Position numbers and translations under genes: made by a program. Of a DNA stretch of 64,000 bases, positions 23,798 to 35,250 are shown in pieces; within the stretch, counting starts at the first letter, position 1, and the number at the start of each line of letters is the position of its first letter. The notes under the pieces were generated by a model, which did not search any database, was not told the origin of the DNA, and saw nothing but the letters and a program-made list of their open reading frames with translations. The stretch is from an uncultured Nitrososphaerales archaeon. GTDB lineage: Archaea; Thermoproteota; Nitrososphaeria; Nitrososphaerales; Nitrososphaeraceae. The stretch covers positions 1,088,001 to 1,152,000 of the forward strand of contig CAVQMO010000001.1 in assembly GCA_963713605.1 (NCBI GenBank), read 5' to 3'.

Positions 23798-24373
23798 TTG
23801 AAAACATCACAAGCCAGTATCAAATCGGTCTATCTGGTCCTATTTTTCTTTGTGGCCACAAGTTTAAGCATTCCGGAACTTCATAACTTTTATCCGTTTG
23901 ATGTTACCGCGACGCCTTCAGTTACTATAACACCAAGTGGCGCAGATGGGGAGGAATTTGATAACGGGGATGACAACAGAATTCAAGAGGAACAACATGG
24001 AGAAGCGATACAACCCTCACTGAATGCAGAAAAACCGGATACCAACGACCAGGATCGTAAAGGTGATTATCAAATTGTTATACCTGACGGCGCTGCATGG
24101 AAAGAAACAATATCAGAACGATTTTATCCCCCAGAAATAATCGTTCCAACAGGTTCGGACGTAACATGGATAAATGAGGATGATTTAACACATGCAATTT
24201 CTAGCGGTAAAAAGGCAGGCTATGGAATGTATGAATTTCTGCAGGATGGTATATTTAACTCTGGAGACCTAGATGGTGGAGAATCGTTCACATTTCATTT
24301 CGCCAAACCTGGCAGGTTCGAATATTTCTGCGTACCGCATCCGTGGATGAACGGACTTGTTACTGTACAATAA
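23798..24373 (+). CDS. Plastocyanin/azurin-family blue copper protein
   Basis: VTWINEDDLTH and YFCVPHPWM type-1 Cu ligands, with an N-terminal signal/TM segment. Confidence 0.92.
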   Translation: MKTSQASIKSVYLVLFFFVATSLSIPELHNFYPFDVTATPSVTITPSGADGEEFDNGDDNRIQEEQHGEAIQPSLNAEKPDTNDQDRKGDYQIVIPDGAAWKETISERFYPPEIIVPTGSDVTWINEDDLTHAISSGKKAGYGMYEFLQDGIFNSGDLDGGESFTFHFAKPGRFEYFCVPHPWMNGLVTVQ

Positions 24374-24722
24374 GTGATTTGGTTGCCATTTAGCTCACTT
24401 GCAAGAGGTTATTAAAGATAGCACAGTATTACAACTGTTATTCTCAGAATCATTCCAATTCATATGAATTATGTCATGAGATTGATGACAGTACCAGCAG
24501 TAATACAGCGAATTCAAATCACTTATGGTAGCATAAGGTTGGTTCTTCGATAGATTGTAATACCATTACGGGAATACCGTTTAGGATAGAGATAGGGTAA
24601 AAAAATTATAGGCGGATAGGATGACCCTTCTTTCGCAGGGGGAATGACCTGTATATTTATCAACTCCAAATAATTTTTTAGCGAATTTGTCTATATGTTC
24701 TTCAGCAATTCAACTGCAATCG

Positions 24723-26006
24723 CTATCTGCTGATTCTGTACACTGCTCCGTCTCTTAGCGAAGTAACATACAGCATCCCATCTGGACCTACCTCTAGATC
24801 GGTTGGAACTCCAAATCCTTCACCGAAGATAATACTTTGAAGCTCAGAGTCTGTATCAGCCACTTTGTCTGCTAACGTCCCGTTTAAGCGCAGTCCAGTT
24901 CTTTCCGAATCTGGCTCAAAATGATATATTCTGCCAAATGCATAATCTCCTACAAACAAATCATTTTTGTAAGAGGGTCCAAATCCATCACTATTGAGAA
25001 ACAAAAGTGCAGTAGGTGCTACAGTCTGATTCCACACAAATTTCGGATCACTATATTTTCCAGTTCCATTAAATGAAACCAATCCACTATAATTAAAGCC
25101 AGGGGGAGCAAATCCAGTTACGTCTTTCCAACCTCCATTAAACTCTGACTCTACTAGGTTAATCTCGTCATTTGTATGCACACCATTTTCGCTGAGCCAA
25201 AGTTTTCCCGTGATAGGATCAAAGTCTATACCAAAACTGTTTCTTATCCCGTACGCAAAGTAGGTTTCCATCTTGGCAGTAGGATCTAACATTCCAGACT
25301 CAACGATTTTACCATCTTGTGTAATTCTGTGGACGCCGCTAGTTCCGTCTGCATAGGGTCCTTTCTCAAAGTTTTGCGCCTTCGTTTCATGTCCCTGTTG
25401 ATTATCGTCCTGGATTTGACCTACTACTAAATAGACGTAATTGTCAGGCCCAACCATGACTGGACCTCCGTTATCCATCGAACCCTGCCCCGCAGGAAAA
25501 TCTAAAAGTAGCTTTGGGTTTATAAGACTACCGCTATCACCCGCTAATTCGTATCGATACAGTCGATTTCCACGTGGGTCACCTTCGTCATCATGTGACG
25601 TCGATGATTCCGAGTAGTACAAAAATACAAAGGTTCTGCTCCCATTTTGGTACGAATCTATACCTATCAACCCTCTAGAATCAGCCGTGGAAACATCTAG
25701 GTCTAATATGGTTTGAGTGATCTCTCCATCAATGACTCTCTTAACCATTCCTGTATCCTCCTCAATGACTAAAAAGTCATCAGGACCCAAAAAAGTTAAG
25801 CCAGTTGGTCTTAACAATCCGTCCACTATCTTCGCCAAGTGGAAATCAGGAGATTCTAGAATTGGTTCTGCTAAGGCCATGCTAACTTCATCGCCTGGTA
25901 ACAGCATCACATAGCAATATGAAACAACTACCACAGCGAAATAAGCAAAGTGGGTCATGAATGCTACCATATATAACAGCCTTATTAGTGCATTTGGTTC
26001 CATCAT
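24723..26006 (-). CDS. PQQ-dependent glucose/sorbosone dehydrogenase family beta-propeller
   Basis: RGLIG, GPDNYVY, AYGIRNSFGIDFDP, ENG..DEIN and DLEVGPDG motifs. Confidence 0.9.
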   Translation of the reverse strand: MMEPNALIRLLYMVAFMTHFAYFAVVVVSYCYVMLLPGDEVSMALAEPILESPDFHLAKIVDGLLRPTGLTFLGPDDFLVIEEDTGMVKRVIDGEITQTILDLDVSTADSRGLIGIDSYQNGSRTFVFLYYSESSTSHDDEGDPRGNRLYRYELAGDSGSLINPKLLLDFPAGQGSMDNGGPVMVGPDNYVYLVVGQIQDDNQQGHETKAQNFEKGPYADGTSGVHRITQDGKIVESGMLDPTAKMETYFAYGIRNSFGIDFDPITGKLWLSENGVHTNDEINLVESEFNGGWKDVTGFAPPGFNYSGLVSFNGTGKYSDPKFVWNQTVAPTALLFLNSDGFGPSYKNDLFVGDYAFGRIYHFEPDSERTGLRLNGTLADKVADTDSELQSIIFGEGFGVPTDLEVGPDGMLYVTSLRDGAVYRISR

Positions 26007-26498
26007 TTACCCCGATAGATTTCCAATTAGAGGCAGAATGGGCAAATAGGACGTAATTATCTGCTCGATCTGATCTTGCCATCTTTCAGAGAATCTGTGG
26101 ATTTCGTGTAATTTGCTTTTGACAAGGATTAACCGTAGCGTTGATGTAATCTCACTTAATGCAGCAAATTTTCTGGGGCCATAAGTGCGGAACGAACACC
26201 TCTATATTGCTAAAATACTCCAAATACCCGGTGGAAACTTTTGTAACTATCAGCTCCTATAATCTGTTTAGCTACTTTCCTCAATGTGAAAGTGGAGTAG
26301 ATATGAAATCCATCATGGGGATAATAAACGTGAAATGGAAACATAGAAATTATTGTATCCTGGCTAATTCTGAATCACGCATTCCAGCATGGTGCATATT
26401 ATTCTCAAAGAGTCTTAAGTGATAAGGAATAATCTTCATCTAATAGAACTAAAAATAGTATCCCATTTATTGATGGAAAGATCACATGTCATAGTCCA

Positions 26499-27041
26499 AT
26501 GACATTAAAATTATCAGTAACTGTTGGCGTCGGGATAAGTATCGTGGCATTGATGGACGTATTGATATTTAGTTCATTTAATGAAGAGCAAGCCGCGTTC
26601 GGACTCACACGTGGAACTCCATACGATGATCTTTTGAGCAGCTCCTTGACAGAAGATTCGAATCGGAATGAATTGACTTTTATGGAAACAAATACCACAG
26701 AGGCAGGACCATCTGCCAATAGCAACAGTACATTTATTTATGGTGATCTAGGTAACGATGAAATCAGAGGTTCTAATCAAAGCGACCATTTAGGTGGAGG
26801 GCCAGGAAGTGATGTGATTTATGGCTACAGTGGCGGTGATTACATTCAAGGAGGCCTAGGTATTGATTCTCTGTATGGCGGCGCAGGAGACGATGTCCTC
26901 TCTGGAAGCGAAGGCGCTGACTATTTTGATTGTGGCGAAGGAAGAGACAGCGTAGACGATTTCAAGCCCATGGAAGGAGATTTCTCAGTCGCGAACTGTG
27001 AAATCCTGGAAAACGAAGAAATGCCAGTAGCGATGCGCTGA
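26499..27041 (+). CDS. Calcium-binding RTX/hemolysin-type repeat protein
   Basis: Tandem GGxGxDxLx nonapeptides (GGPGSDVIY, GGLGIDSLY, GGAGDDVLS) and an N-terminal TM segment. Confidence 0.88.
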   Translation: MTLKLSVTVGVGISIVALMDVLIFSSFNEEQAAFGLTRGTPYDDLLSSSLTEDSNRNELTFMETNTTEAGPSANSNSTFIYGDLGNDEIRGSNQSDHLGGGPGSDVIYGYSGGDYIQGGLGIDSLYGGAGDDVLSGSEGADYFDCGEGRDSVDDFKPMEGDFSVANCEILENEEMPVAMR

Positions 27042-27141
27042 CGAGATGAGACTAACACCTCTCACTTCGCCTTGCACATGACGTACATACAATAAGCGAT
27101 TTAGTGATTCCTAAGTCACTTATTAGGATGAATTTACTGCA

Positions 27142-27193
27142 ATCGAGGTTTATTCCAATTCTGAAACAGGCATCGAGATTTATTCCAATTCTG
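27142..27193. repeat. 22-bp direct repeat, 30-bp period
   Basis: atcgaggtttattccaattctg and atcgagatttattccaattctg. Confidence 0.7.
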
Positions 27194-27424
27194 TAGAACA
27201 ACTAATATTCGTCTATGGACATGTTTGGGTGGCAAGTCTCGCATGTTCCGAAATTCCTGCTACTCGCAAGAGTAGCTTATCCTGCTAACCCAACATATCG
27301 TAATTCATGTTCCCCCGAACGATGTTACAAATGAAACTGAAAATATGCGCTACAGAAGAAGCTAAAATATAGTTCCTTTATTGGGCATTCTTTTCCAAGA
27401 GGGTTGCTGCTGCACTCTAAATAA

Positions 27425-28654
27425 TTATACGGTGACTGTATGTGCCTTTCTTCTCCCTACGACTTTGTGATATAACGCGATATGTTCCTTGGCAACTTGC
27501 TCCCAATTTATTTTCACCCTGAATTCATTAACCTTGTCGATATATTTATCATAATTCTTGTCCAGGTATACCATTGCATCCGAGAATTCTTTTGGATTCC
27601 GACCAACCGCGATGCCTAATCCTCGCGATGCGAATTCAACAAAGAATCCTAAACGTGAGGCGATAAAGGGCAGGCCGTACGACAATGCGTCGAACATGAT
27701 TCCAGATCCCGAGCTAACCTTGTAAGGTAAAATGACTGCATCTGCACATGAAAATAACTCACATAGCTGCTTTTCGTTCAGGTAATCTCTGTGTAAATCA
27801 ATCAAGTTCTTTTTACCCGCGCCAATAGTGTAGTCTTCATGGCTATATTCATTCTTAGAAGCATTGATGACAATAGTCCAACCTTGAGGTATGTCCATTT
27901 TTTCAATAACATCCCAACCTTTGGTCGCCGTCGCGTAACCGAGTGCCAAAGCAACTCGACCATCGACTGGGATAGAATATGACTTCCTCAGATCACACTT
28001 GTTTCGATTTGTTGTAAAATCTTGTTTTTCAGCGCCATGGAATATCACATTACATTCCTTCTTTCCTAGGGTCCAGCTAATGTAGTGAGAGAATGCTATT
28101 CCAGCGGCGCTCTGTTCGAGTTTCTTTTTGTTCAATTTCTGAAAAGATTGATAATTAGTTAATCTCACCCAGAAGCTGATCATCCGTTTTACCTTCTTAA
28201 CTAAGTAACTGTCATTTTGGCGTTCATAGCTCGGGATAGGCAGATTCATCCACTGCTTGAAAGGGTACGCTGAATGGAAAGTCGTTACTATCGGCACATT
28301 GCATGATTTGTAAAATGCGTCAATATTTGTACTGGTCCTCGCCGGATTAATCAAGTCAAGGCTCAAACCATATAACCCAGGCTCATACTGAACATGTACA
28401 ATATCAGGTTTTAATCGTTTGATTAGCGCTAATAATATTTCAGAATTCCTTGGATTGTGCTGAGCAATTCCAGTAAGCTCTCCATCTCCTCGCTTATCAC
28501 ACACAACCTGAACCATAAGTCCCATCTGAACCAATTTTTCTTTGAGATGAAAAGTATAACGACCTACACCGCCAGCCATAGGGGGGTACTCTGCCGAAAC
28601 AAGCAGAATTGATAAAGGTTGGTTCTCGTGACCAGGTTCGACGAGCATATCCAA
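27425..28654 (-). CDS. Glycosyltransferase family 4 (GT-B)
   Basis: EYPPMAGGVGRY, PDIVHVQYE, TTFHS and ADAVILPY..SGSGIMFDALSYGLPFIAS. Confidence 0.92.
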   Translation of the reverse strand: MDMLVEPGHENQPLSILLVSAEYPPMAGGVGRYTFHLKEKLVQMGLMVQVVCDKRGDGELTGIAQHNPRNSEILLALIKRLKPDIVHVQYEPGLYGLSLDLINPARTSTNIDAFYKSCNVPIVTTFHSAYPFKQWMNLPIPSYERQNDSYLVKKVKRMISFWVRLTNYQSFQKLNKKKLEQSAAGIAFSHYISWTLGKKECNVIFHGAEKQDFTTNRNKCDLRKSYSIPVDGRVALALGYATATKGWDVIEKMDIPQGWTIVINASKNEYSHEDYTIGAGKKNLIDLHRDYLNEKQLCELFSCADAVILPYKVSSGSGIMFDALSYGLPFIASRLGFFVEFASRGLGIAVGRNPKEFSDAMVYLDKNYDKYIDKVNEFRVKINWEQVAKEHIALYHKVVGRRKAHTVTV

Positions 28655-28763
28655 CTAGTATATATGTATCCCCATTATTATGCATATCTTAATTAGAACA
28701 TAATCGTCTATACATATTGAACATAAGTATTATATATAAAATAGTTTTTAGTGTCAGATTATA

Positions 28764-29039
28764 ATGCCAACAAAGTACATGACGACGCTCATGACGCTAG
28801 GTATGAGCTCGGTTAGCCTCATCGTAAATGGGTCCAATTTAGGCAAGGGACAGAGGCTGGAATTAATTGTGAGGGACGACGGAATATATATTCCACTGAC
28901 AGAGCAGGATCCACCAGCCAAAGCGTACAATCAGGCAGAAGTAACATGGAAGAAAAGTCATGGCTCATGTTTAGCGTTACCCTCATCATGGATATTCGGT
29001 AGTGAACTCTTATTTGATGGAATTCTATTAGTCTCGTGA
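28764..29039 (+). CDS. Small hypothetical protein, N-terminus AbrB/SpoVT-like
   Basis: Pattern LMTLG.SS...LGKGQRLELIVRDDGIYI and an upstream TATA-like tatataaa. Confidence 0.35.
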   Translation: MPTKYMTTLMTLGMSSVSLIVNGSNLGKGQRLELIVRDDGIYIPLTEQDPPAKAYNQAEVTWKKSHGSCLALPSSWIFGSELLFDGILLVS

Positions 29040-29338
29040 CAGCAGAGAAAGGAAAAGAAATTTGAAAACGTAGTAGTGAAGGTCACAAGGAAGCAAAAAC
29101 AGAAAGGATCGAGCCTTCGCTAAGTACAGATGGAGCCAGACAGTATTTGGGAGAAATATCGGCAGAAGTGAAAAAAACTAGGAGACAGTAAGGATCATCC
29201 TTAGGAACTACCCAAATTGGGATAAATTACCTATTTGCAATATCAAATTACAGAACCATCGATTTGCTATTTGTAACTTAAATTGAAGAGCACAAATCCA
29301 ACAGTCCTGAATTAATAGCAGTTGAAAAGACTGACCGG

Positions 29339-29512
29339 CTATTGAGGAGGCTTATTAAAATGGCCAATAATTTGCTTATTTCTCACCAAAACACAGCATA
29401 CACATCTTATTCGTTTACATGCCTTGGATTCTGTATGCTTACAGACTGAACAACTGCAACTTGTCCTTACTTCTGTGCCCAGCTTTGAGGAAAGTGTGTC
29501 ATCTTCGGACAA
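29339..29512 (-). CDS. Small Cys-rich, metallothionein-like/Zn-binding peptide
   Basis: From TTG at 29512: ...SCSCSVCKHTESKACKRIRCVCC...GH, with 7 Cys and 2 His. Confidence 0.6.
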   Translation of the reverse strand: MSEDDTLSSKLGTEVRTSCSCSVCKHTESKACKRIRCVCCVLVRNKQIIGHFNKPPQ

Positions 29513-29520
29513 GTGTCGAT

Positions 29521-29745
29521 TTACTCCCGAGACCTGACTACCCCGTATAACCAATATGTAAAAAGGGCCACGCCGGCAATTATTAGTGCCAGACTGAGTA
29601 AGGCGGAACGCAACGTCAATACCGTCGCACCTAATAAGAATAATGCAATACTCAGAACAAGAATCCAGCGTTGCTGAGTTGACGCGTCGGAACTCATTTC
29701 ATTTTCATCACTATTTAGTGCAGTAGCAGTCTTAAAGGTATTCAC
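29521..29745 (-). CDS. Small two-TM membrane protein
   Basis: Hydrophobic hairpin; its start overlaps the stop of the upstream regulator. Confidence 0.65.
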   Translation of the reverse strand: MNTFKTATALNSDENEMSSDASTQQRWILVLSIALFLLGATVLTLRSALLSLALIIAGVALFTYWLYGVVRSRE

Positions 29746-30095
29746 TTGTTTGCTGAATGAAAATCATCCAACGGCTTCATCTCTGCTTGCAATTCAGCGA
29801 ATAATCGTAGATATTGAAGACCTTTTTCTGTGATTGCGTAAAACTGATGTCCATCTGCTTGGATGGAATTTACCAGATTCAATCTTAGTAAAAGACTCCT
29901 GTACCTCTGGAACTGATGCCATGTTAGACAACAGTCATATACAATGTCTATTGGTTTGCACCTTTTTCGATTTCGATTTAGACTTGTGCTGGTATTAGGG
30001 GAAGAAACGAACTTAAGGATTTCGTTGATAATTTCATATTCACTCCTATGCGATTCTCTATGACCATGCCTCGTATGCTTTTGGATTACTTCCAC
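29742..30095 (-). CDS. Winged helix-turn-helix regulator (HTH_45-like)
   Basis: HRSEYEIINEIL...IVY...LTW.Q...Y...YAITEKGLQYL. Confidence 0.8.
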   Translation of the reverse strand: MEVIQKHTRHGHRESHRSEYEIINEILKFVSSPNTSTSLNRNRKRCKPIDIVYDCCLTWHQFQRYRSLLLRLNLVNSIQADGHQFYAITEKGLQYLRLFAELQAEMKPLDDFHSANK

Positions 30096-30575
30096 CGTAC
30101 TCCACAGTAGTATCTCTTTTCAGTATTTTACTTTAATTTAATTTACTTTTCTCACTGCAAAAAGTCTGACTCACTAGTGATTTGAAATTAACGCGCTTAA
30201 TTTCATTTTTTAGAGTAGCATTGAGAATTTCAGCGATAAATTCAGTCTTCGTTCTATGGCGAGAGAAGTGTCTCAACTTGTAACATTACTCTCAAACTTT
30301 TCATATATTTGATTAGGGATCAGGTCGGTGAATTTGCGACTGTGTCTGATGTCTAGGCTTACAACTTAAAGGCATTTGGTTTAGAGAAGGACTGAGGTGT
30401 CTGCCGATTGCGTTACTTAATGAGTTAATGTAATACAATGTAATCAAAGCGATTATAGGCGATTATTGGTAATAATAAAAGGACAAATGTCAATTGCTAA
30501 CTTTAAGTCGAATTTATATCTGATGACATTTTCAGATACAGATTCAATTAGTCTTCGTAAGGAATATGATAGTTT

Positions 30576-31415
30576 ATGGCATTAGTTAGCGGCAGAAGTA
30601 ATGGAGACGATAGAGATGGGAATTTTGAGAATGTAGTTAGCGATAAGAGAGGAAGAAATTACGTCTACATCGGGACCATCTTTACGATATTTGTGATGCT
30701 GGCGATGGCATACTTAGCTATCTCGACGTTCTTTGGATCGTTCTTACCATTTAAGGGATTAGATGGAATTACAGATCGTCTGCCTTTCTATGATAATACC
30801 TACAATGACGCGGAATTTGAGGGATATTCAGGTAGAGAAGTTATTCTTATATGTTGTTCATGGGGACAAGAACTCGCAGATGGAGATCTAACTTACTTCA
30901 TAGGAAATTATATGATTGACGAAGGTGGGTACGATAAAAGATTTGAGGTTGATGGGTCTTCAGTAGAAGCGGTAACTAAAGCATTTGAGGAATGGGATTC
31001 GAAGATAGAAGGGTTGACATTTACTGAAACTCCAACGAGGAGGGGTGCTGATATAGAAATATACATTCGAGAAGGCCAGAATGAAAAAGCCGGAATTACC
31101 AACAACTACTATGATTACTACGGCTTTATGACAAAATCCTATGTACTAATTTCAAGGGGTGCATTTGGATTTGCGTTCAGCGACAATCAGTTGGAGCAAA
31201 TAGCAAAACATGAGATTGGACATGTTCTCGGGTTGGGGCATGCAAATTTTGATGGCAATTTAATGGCAGCTCAGGTTAATCGCGGAACCGGCTCTGTTTC
31301 AGGCTGCGATGTCCAGGCTGTGCACACCGCAAACGAGTGGTGGTTTGAAAAACCTACAGGGAACCAACCGTTGTATATTAGACAGCCAACGACAGATCAC
31401 ATAGACTGCAGATAA
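30576..31415 (+). CDS. Membrane-anchored matrixin-like zinc metalloprotease (metzincin)
   Basis: HEIGHVLGLGH plus Met-turn (NLM), AFEEW and ADIEI motifs. Confidence 0.9.
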   Translation: MALVSGRSNGDDRDGNFENVVSDKRGRNYVYIGTIFTIFVMLAMAYLAISTFFGSFLPFKGLDGITDRLPFYDNTYNDAEFEGYSGREVILICCSWGQELADGDLTYFIGNYMIDEGGYDKRFEVDGSSVEAVTKAFEEWDSKIEGLTFTETPTRRGADIEIYIREGQNEKAGITNNYYDYYGFMTKSYVLISRGAFGFAFSDNQLEQIAKHEIGHVLGLGHANFDGNLMAAQVNRGTGSVSGCDVQAVHTANEWWFEKPTGNQPLYIRQPTTDHIDCR

Positions 31416-31696
31416 CCAGAGCATAAGAGAAATTTGTATCGGTACTCAATCAATCTTCATATCTAGAGAATAAATGGGTTGCAATGTAAAATTAATGGCT
31501 GAGCTATCTGGCAGCACTTCAATAATTCAAGGGAGGTTGATAGCAAACAAGAAGGAAGAATGTTAAAGATATGTAAATTCCTCTACTTTGAATTCAATAA
31601 TTGTGCACATCTATAATTATAATGTCAAAAATCAGACTCGTTTAACATTAATTTTGGTGAGACTCTTATCAAATTGCCTATCGGGATTTTCAATTT

Positions 31697-31963
31697 TCAG
31701 AGGCTCCTAGTCCCGCAACTGTAGCAATAGGCATCGTCATTGTTGATTGCAGAGTTGCACCTGGAGCAAACCTTTAAAATTTGAGAAGGAGGGACAACCA
31801 TGCCTCGCCAGCAATCTTGGCAGAATGTCCGAGAAGCTGGATTCTTTCTACCACAAAATCTACAATAAATATTGTTAGGACTCGTGTCGGAGTATTCCTT
31901 TTTCCCTACTTTACGATTGGTTATGAAATTACTAATTTTGCCAAGGAAGCTGGGCAATAACAA
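31697..31963 (-). CDS. Double zinc ribbon protein
   Basis: Four CxxC pairs (CRFC, CQDC, CSRC, CYSC). Confidence 0.75.
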   Translation of the reverse strand: MLLPSFLGKISNFITNRKVGKKEYSDTSPNNIYCRFCGRKNPASRTFCQDCWRGMVVPPSQILKVCSRCNSAINNDDAYCYSCGTRSL

Positions 31964-32481
31964 TATATAGAATTACCAGAAGATAAGGATACAATAATAA
32001 GATAAATGACGGTAAGTAAAGCACGAGGGCAGGACCAACTGGTTCTACTAAACTGCATAAGGGACAACCCCTTGGCGGCGCTTGCTAATTGGCTGAGCTA
32101 GTTGGTTAGCTACACATGTTTTATGATCTAACCATTAGATAGTGATGTAGAGTGGGTTCCCTTATCAGTATAGAATTGAATGATGCCCCATAGGGTTAAG
32201 GTTAGCTCAGAAGATTGTTATCTACAAAATACACCTAAATTACTAGCAATTGCGTATTGCGCTGGGTTCCTTATGCATATAACTAATACTAAATTTCAAC
32301 TGCGGAATTTATTATTCCCAATCGGATCCTTAATCTAAGGATCCGAACCATCCCAAATCAAGGTTTGACAGGATTTAGAATTAACAAATAACAAGCCTCG
32401 ACAAATAGGAAGACCAGACAATTTCTAATGAGGATTAATTAGGAAGCATATATAAGTTCTGCAAAGTACATTGTTAGTACT

Positions 32482-32961
32482 TTGAGAATCTCATTTAGAG
32501 TAACTAGCATATTGACTATTTACATAGTAGGTACAGTCCTGCTCATAGCACTCTCAGTAAATGACATCACCGGCATTGACATCAACATTTACGGTAACGA
32601 TATCTCGAACACTACTTCTTCAAAAACAGCTTCTAGTGAACTAAGGCCTGAGAACGGAGGCAGCAATGCATCTAGTCAGAGAACGCATAGCGATCTCATA
32701 AGAAGCTGTAGTACTTTTCGAGGGATACTTTCAACAGATATGGCATTCTCGTGCGATTACTCTATGCTGTATTACAAGGGACAATGCGAGCAATATTCTT
32801 CATTATTGAAGCAGAATGAAACTGAAGCCATGCTGGCGGCTAAGAATGACCTTTCGTTTTGCTCAGATCCGAGGATTGATATATATATACAAGAGCATGG
32901 CTTGACTGATGCTCCTCGATCTCCTACGTTGGTTCCCGGTTATGAGTCTCCAATTGCCTGA
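32482..32961 (+). CDS. Secreted/membrane-anchored hypothetical protein with 4 Cys
   Basis: N-terminal TM segment and an upstream TATA-like tatataag. Confidence 0.65.
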   Translation: MRISFRVTSILTIYIVGTVLLIALSVNDITGIDINIYGNDISNTTSSKTASSELRPENGGSNASSQRTHSDLIRSCSTFRGILSTDMAFSCDYSMLYYKGQCEQYSSLLKQNETEAMLAAKNDLSFCSDPRIDIYIQEHGLTDAPRSPTLVPGYESPIA

Positions 32962-33501
32962 ATTCTTATAGGGCGTCGCTTATAATATACTGTTCTTGCA
33001 CTCAGGATTGAAGAGAAAGATGACTCCAGGCTGCACCAATGAATGTGATGAATTTTAAGGCTGAGGCTGCAGTTAGGGATGCTTGCTTTACTGGAAATCT
33101 AAGACCATATACTTCTGAGCTCTTTTGCAATACAGGACTATCGGGACTTTACAATAAGATCGTCTAACCGTGTGGTCTAGATATTCTTATATACACGTAT
33201 GTAGAATAAACCAGGAAAGATGACTAAGATTGAAAGTGAAAATAGCAAATTAGTAGTCTTAAGAAATAAGACTAATGAAGGGTATTTCGTAAGGGATATC
33301 CCAGCTAATAGTATTTTGAATCATCATCATCATCATCATTTTCAGTTTCTTGTTATTTAGTTCGACTGAACTAGAAATATGGATTGTAATATTACAGTGT
33401 TAGGAGACCTAAAGTAAACAGGTAGTTGTTGGCGTCGAGTTCAAAGATGAATATGAGGAGTTAAATTGTAGTTTTGCAATTATGACAATAGGAAATTAGA
33501 A

Positions 33502-34008
33502 GTGGTCGCATCAGCTATATTTGCTTCACGGACCGTAGCATTGGCTGTGGCTATAATGATGATTACTTTAGTGCTAGTGTCGATGGTGCTGGTACAAACT
33601 TTTCCGGCTGTGAAAACATTTGCACAGGATCAATCGATGAATGAGCCTGAGGCCCTCCAAACTAATGGCCTTTTATTACAAGGAGTAAATGCAACTGCTC
33701 CAGCCGGAAGAGAGGAAGACATTTACAGCATACCTGCTGAAGGCGATATCTACCGTATCACGGGGGAGGTCTTAAATAATGATACCGTTCGTTTTAGCAG
33801 CGTGCGAGTATCAGCAGTACTACTTGATAGTAACGGTCAAACCATAGGTGAAGGTTCCGCGCATACCTCACCCTCAGGCATTCAACCAGGTGCAATGGTT
33901 TCATTTGAAATCAATGTTTTCAATACTTCAGTGAAAGGGGGCATCAGCGCGATTAGCGATTTTACATTGCACGTAAATGGTAATCGGCAAGCGCTGACAT
34001 TTCGATGA
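33502..34008 (+). CDS. FxLYD-domain secreted protein
   Basis: ITGEVLNN...VRVSAVLLDSNGQTIG...IQPGAMVSF. Confidence 0.8.
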   Translation: MVASAIFASRTVALAVAIMMITLVLVSMVLVQTFPAVKTFAQDQSMNEPEALQTNGLLLQGVNATAPAGREEDIYSIPAEGDIYRITGEVLNNDTVRFSSVRVSAVLLDSNGQTIGEGSAHTSPSGIQPGAMVSFEINVFNTSVKGGISAISDFTLHVNGNRQALTFR

Positions 34009-34449
34009 AGCCTTCAATAGATCATCAGCGTTTGAATACTGTTGTTGTACTACAACTAGATGGCTAGATTTTAGTTTAAAGAGGACCAGTTTAAGTAGTT
34101 CAACACAGTAAGTATAGCGTAGAGTACAAAAGAAGAAAAATGGTATTATAATCAGATAAGTAGTCAATCCAAATATGATAGTGTTCCAATGAATGGTATA
34201 CACTTTCTTGTGAGTGGTTGTTCTGTGATCATTCAATGTATTCTAACATCGACTACATCGTTGCCATATCTGTTCCTGAGCTTGCCCTGCCAAATCAAAG
34301 GCAAGCCTACTCGCATGATTTATCCATCCAACCCCAGGTATTTGACTATGGATTAAGCAGTTTGTTATCGGTCATATTTAAAATGTAAAAGGAGCAAATT
34401 GTATCGATTACTACCAGACTTTTACATATTCGAATAATACACTAAATGT

Positions 34450-34929
34450 TTACCCAACTTCGATATCTCCTCCAGGAATCACTGCATATCTGCTTACGAT
34501 TTCGTTGCCGAGATCCGATCTAACACTAAATGATGAATTTTCTCCCGGCGCCAATATAATGAATCTCGCATTTTCGGTAGAGGATGTGATCAATGTGTTA
34601 TTGTTATCATAAAATTGTACTGTTACTTCTGCGGAATTTATGGTATTATTGGATTTATTGATGAGAGTCCCATTTACGATGGTGAACAATACATCTTCAG
34701 AAAATGTGTGGTTAGTTATTTCCAAATATTTAGTATTAAGTGCATCTCCCGTGGGAGTACTTGTAATGTTAGATACTCCTGATGCTGGCAAGGTGGTTGA
34801 GTTACTGCTACTCAATACCATACCGATAGCGGAGAATTCAATTGAATATAGTAAAAAAATTGCCAAAGCAAAGATGATTGCTAGAGAACCCATTGCGCAA
34901 ACCGATTTTTCATTTGTTGACTGTTTCAC
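34450..34929 (-). CDS. FxLYD-domain secreted protein
   Basis: VNGTLIN...VTVQFYDNNNTLI...LAPGENSSF. Confidence 0.8.
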   Translation of the reverse strand: MKQSTNEKSVCAMGSLAIIFALAIFLLYSIEFSAIGMVLSSSNSTTLPASGVSNITSTPTGDALNTKYLEITNHTFSEDVLFTIVNGTLINKSNNTINSAEVTVQFYDNNNTLITSSTENARFIILAPGENSSFSVRSDLGNEIVSRYAVIPGGDIEVG

Positions 34930-35250
34930 AGCCCAGAATAGTCATCCTACTATATATGGATTTGATTGGGCAAACATAGTCGCAGGCTTTTTGAATTAAA
35001 CTATTGAAATTCTATCTCAAGATGCTTCTTGAGTCCACTGGGCTAGAAATGGATTGTCATAGCAGGTAATAACTGTCAATATGAAATGATTAGAGTAACA
35101 GTAGATAGAAAGATTTGTTTATAGCTACGAATTCTATGAGTGCTAACGTCATAAGGGGACGTCGTTGCCCTGGAGTTGAAATATTACATAGACCTGAAAC
35201 TGAAAAAATAGTTTGTATTATATCGGGGGACCAACTCCATTACAAGAGAG

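Noticed and set aside
24600..24655. Small hairpin (cccttct-ttcgc-agggg) as an ncRNA or tRNA fragment
   Set aside because: It is too short, with no cloverleaf or recognisable family features.
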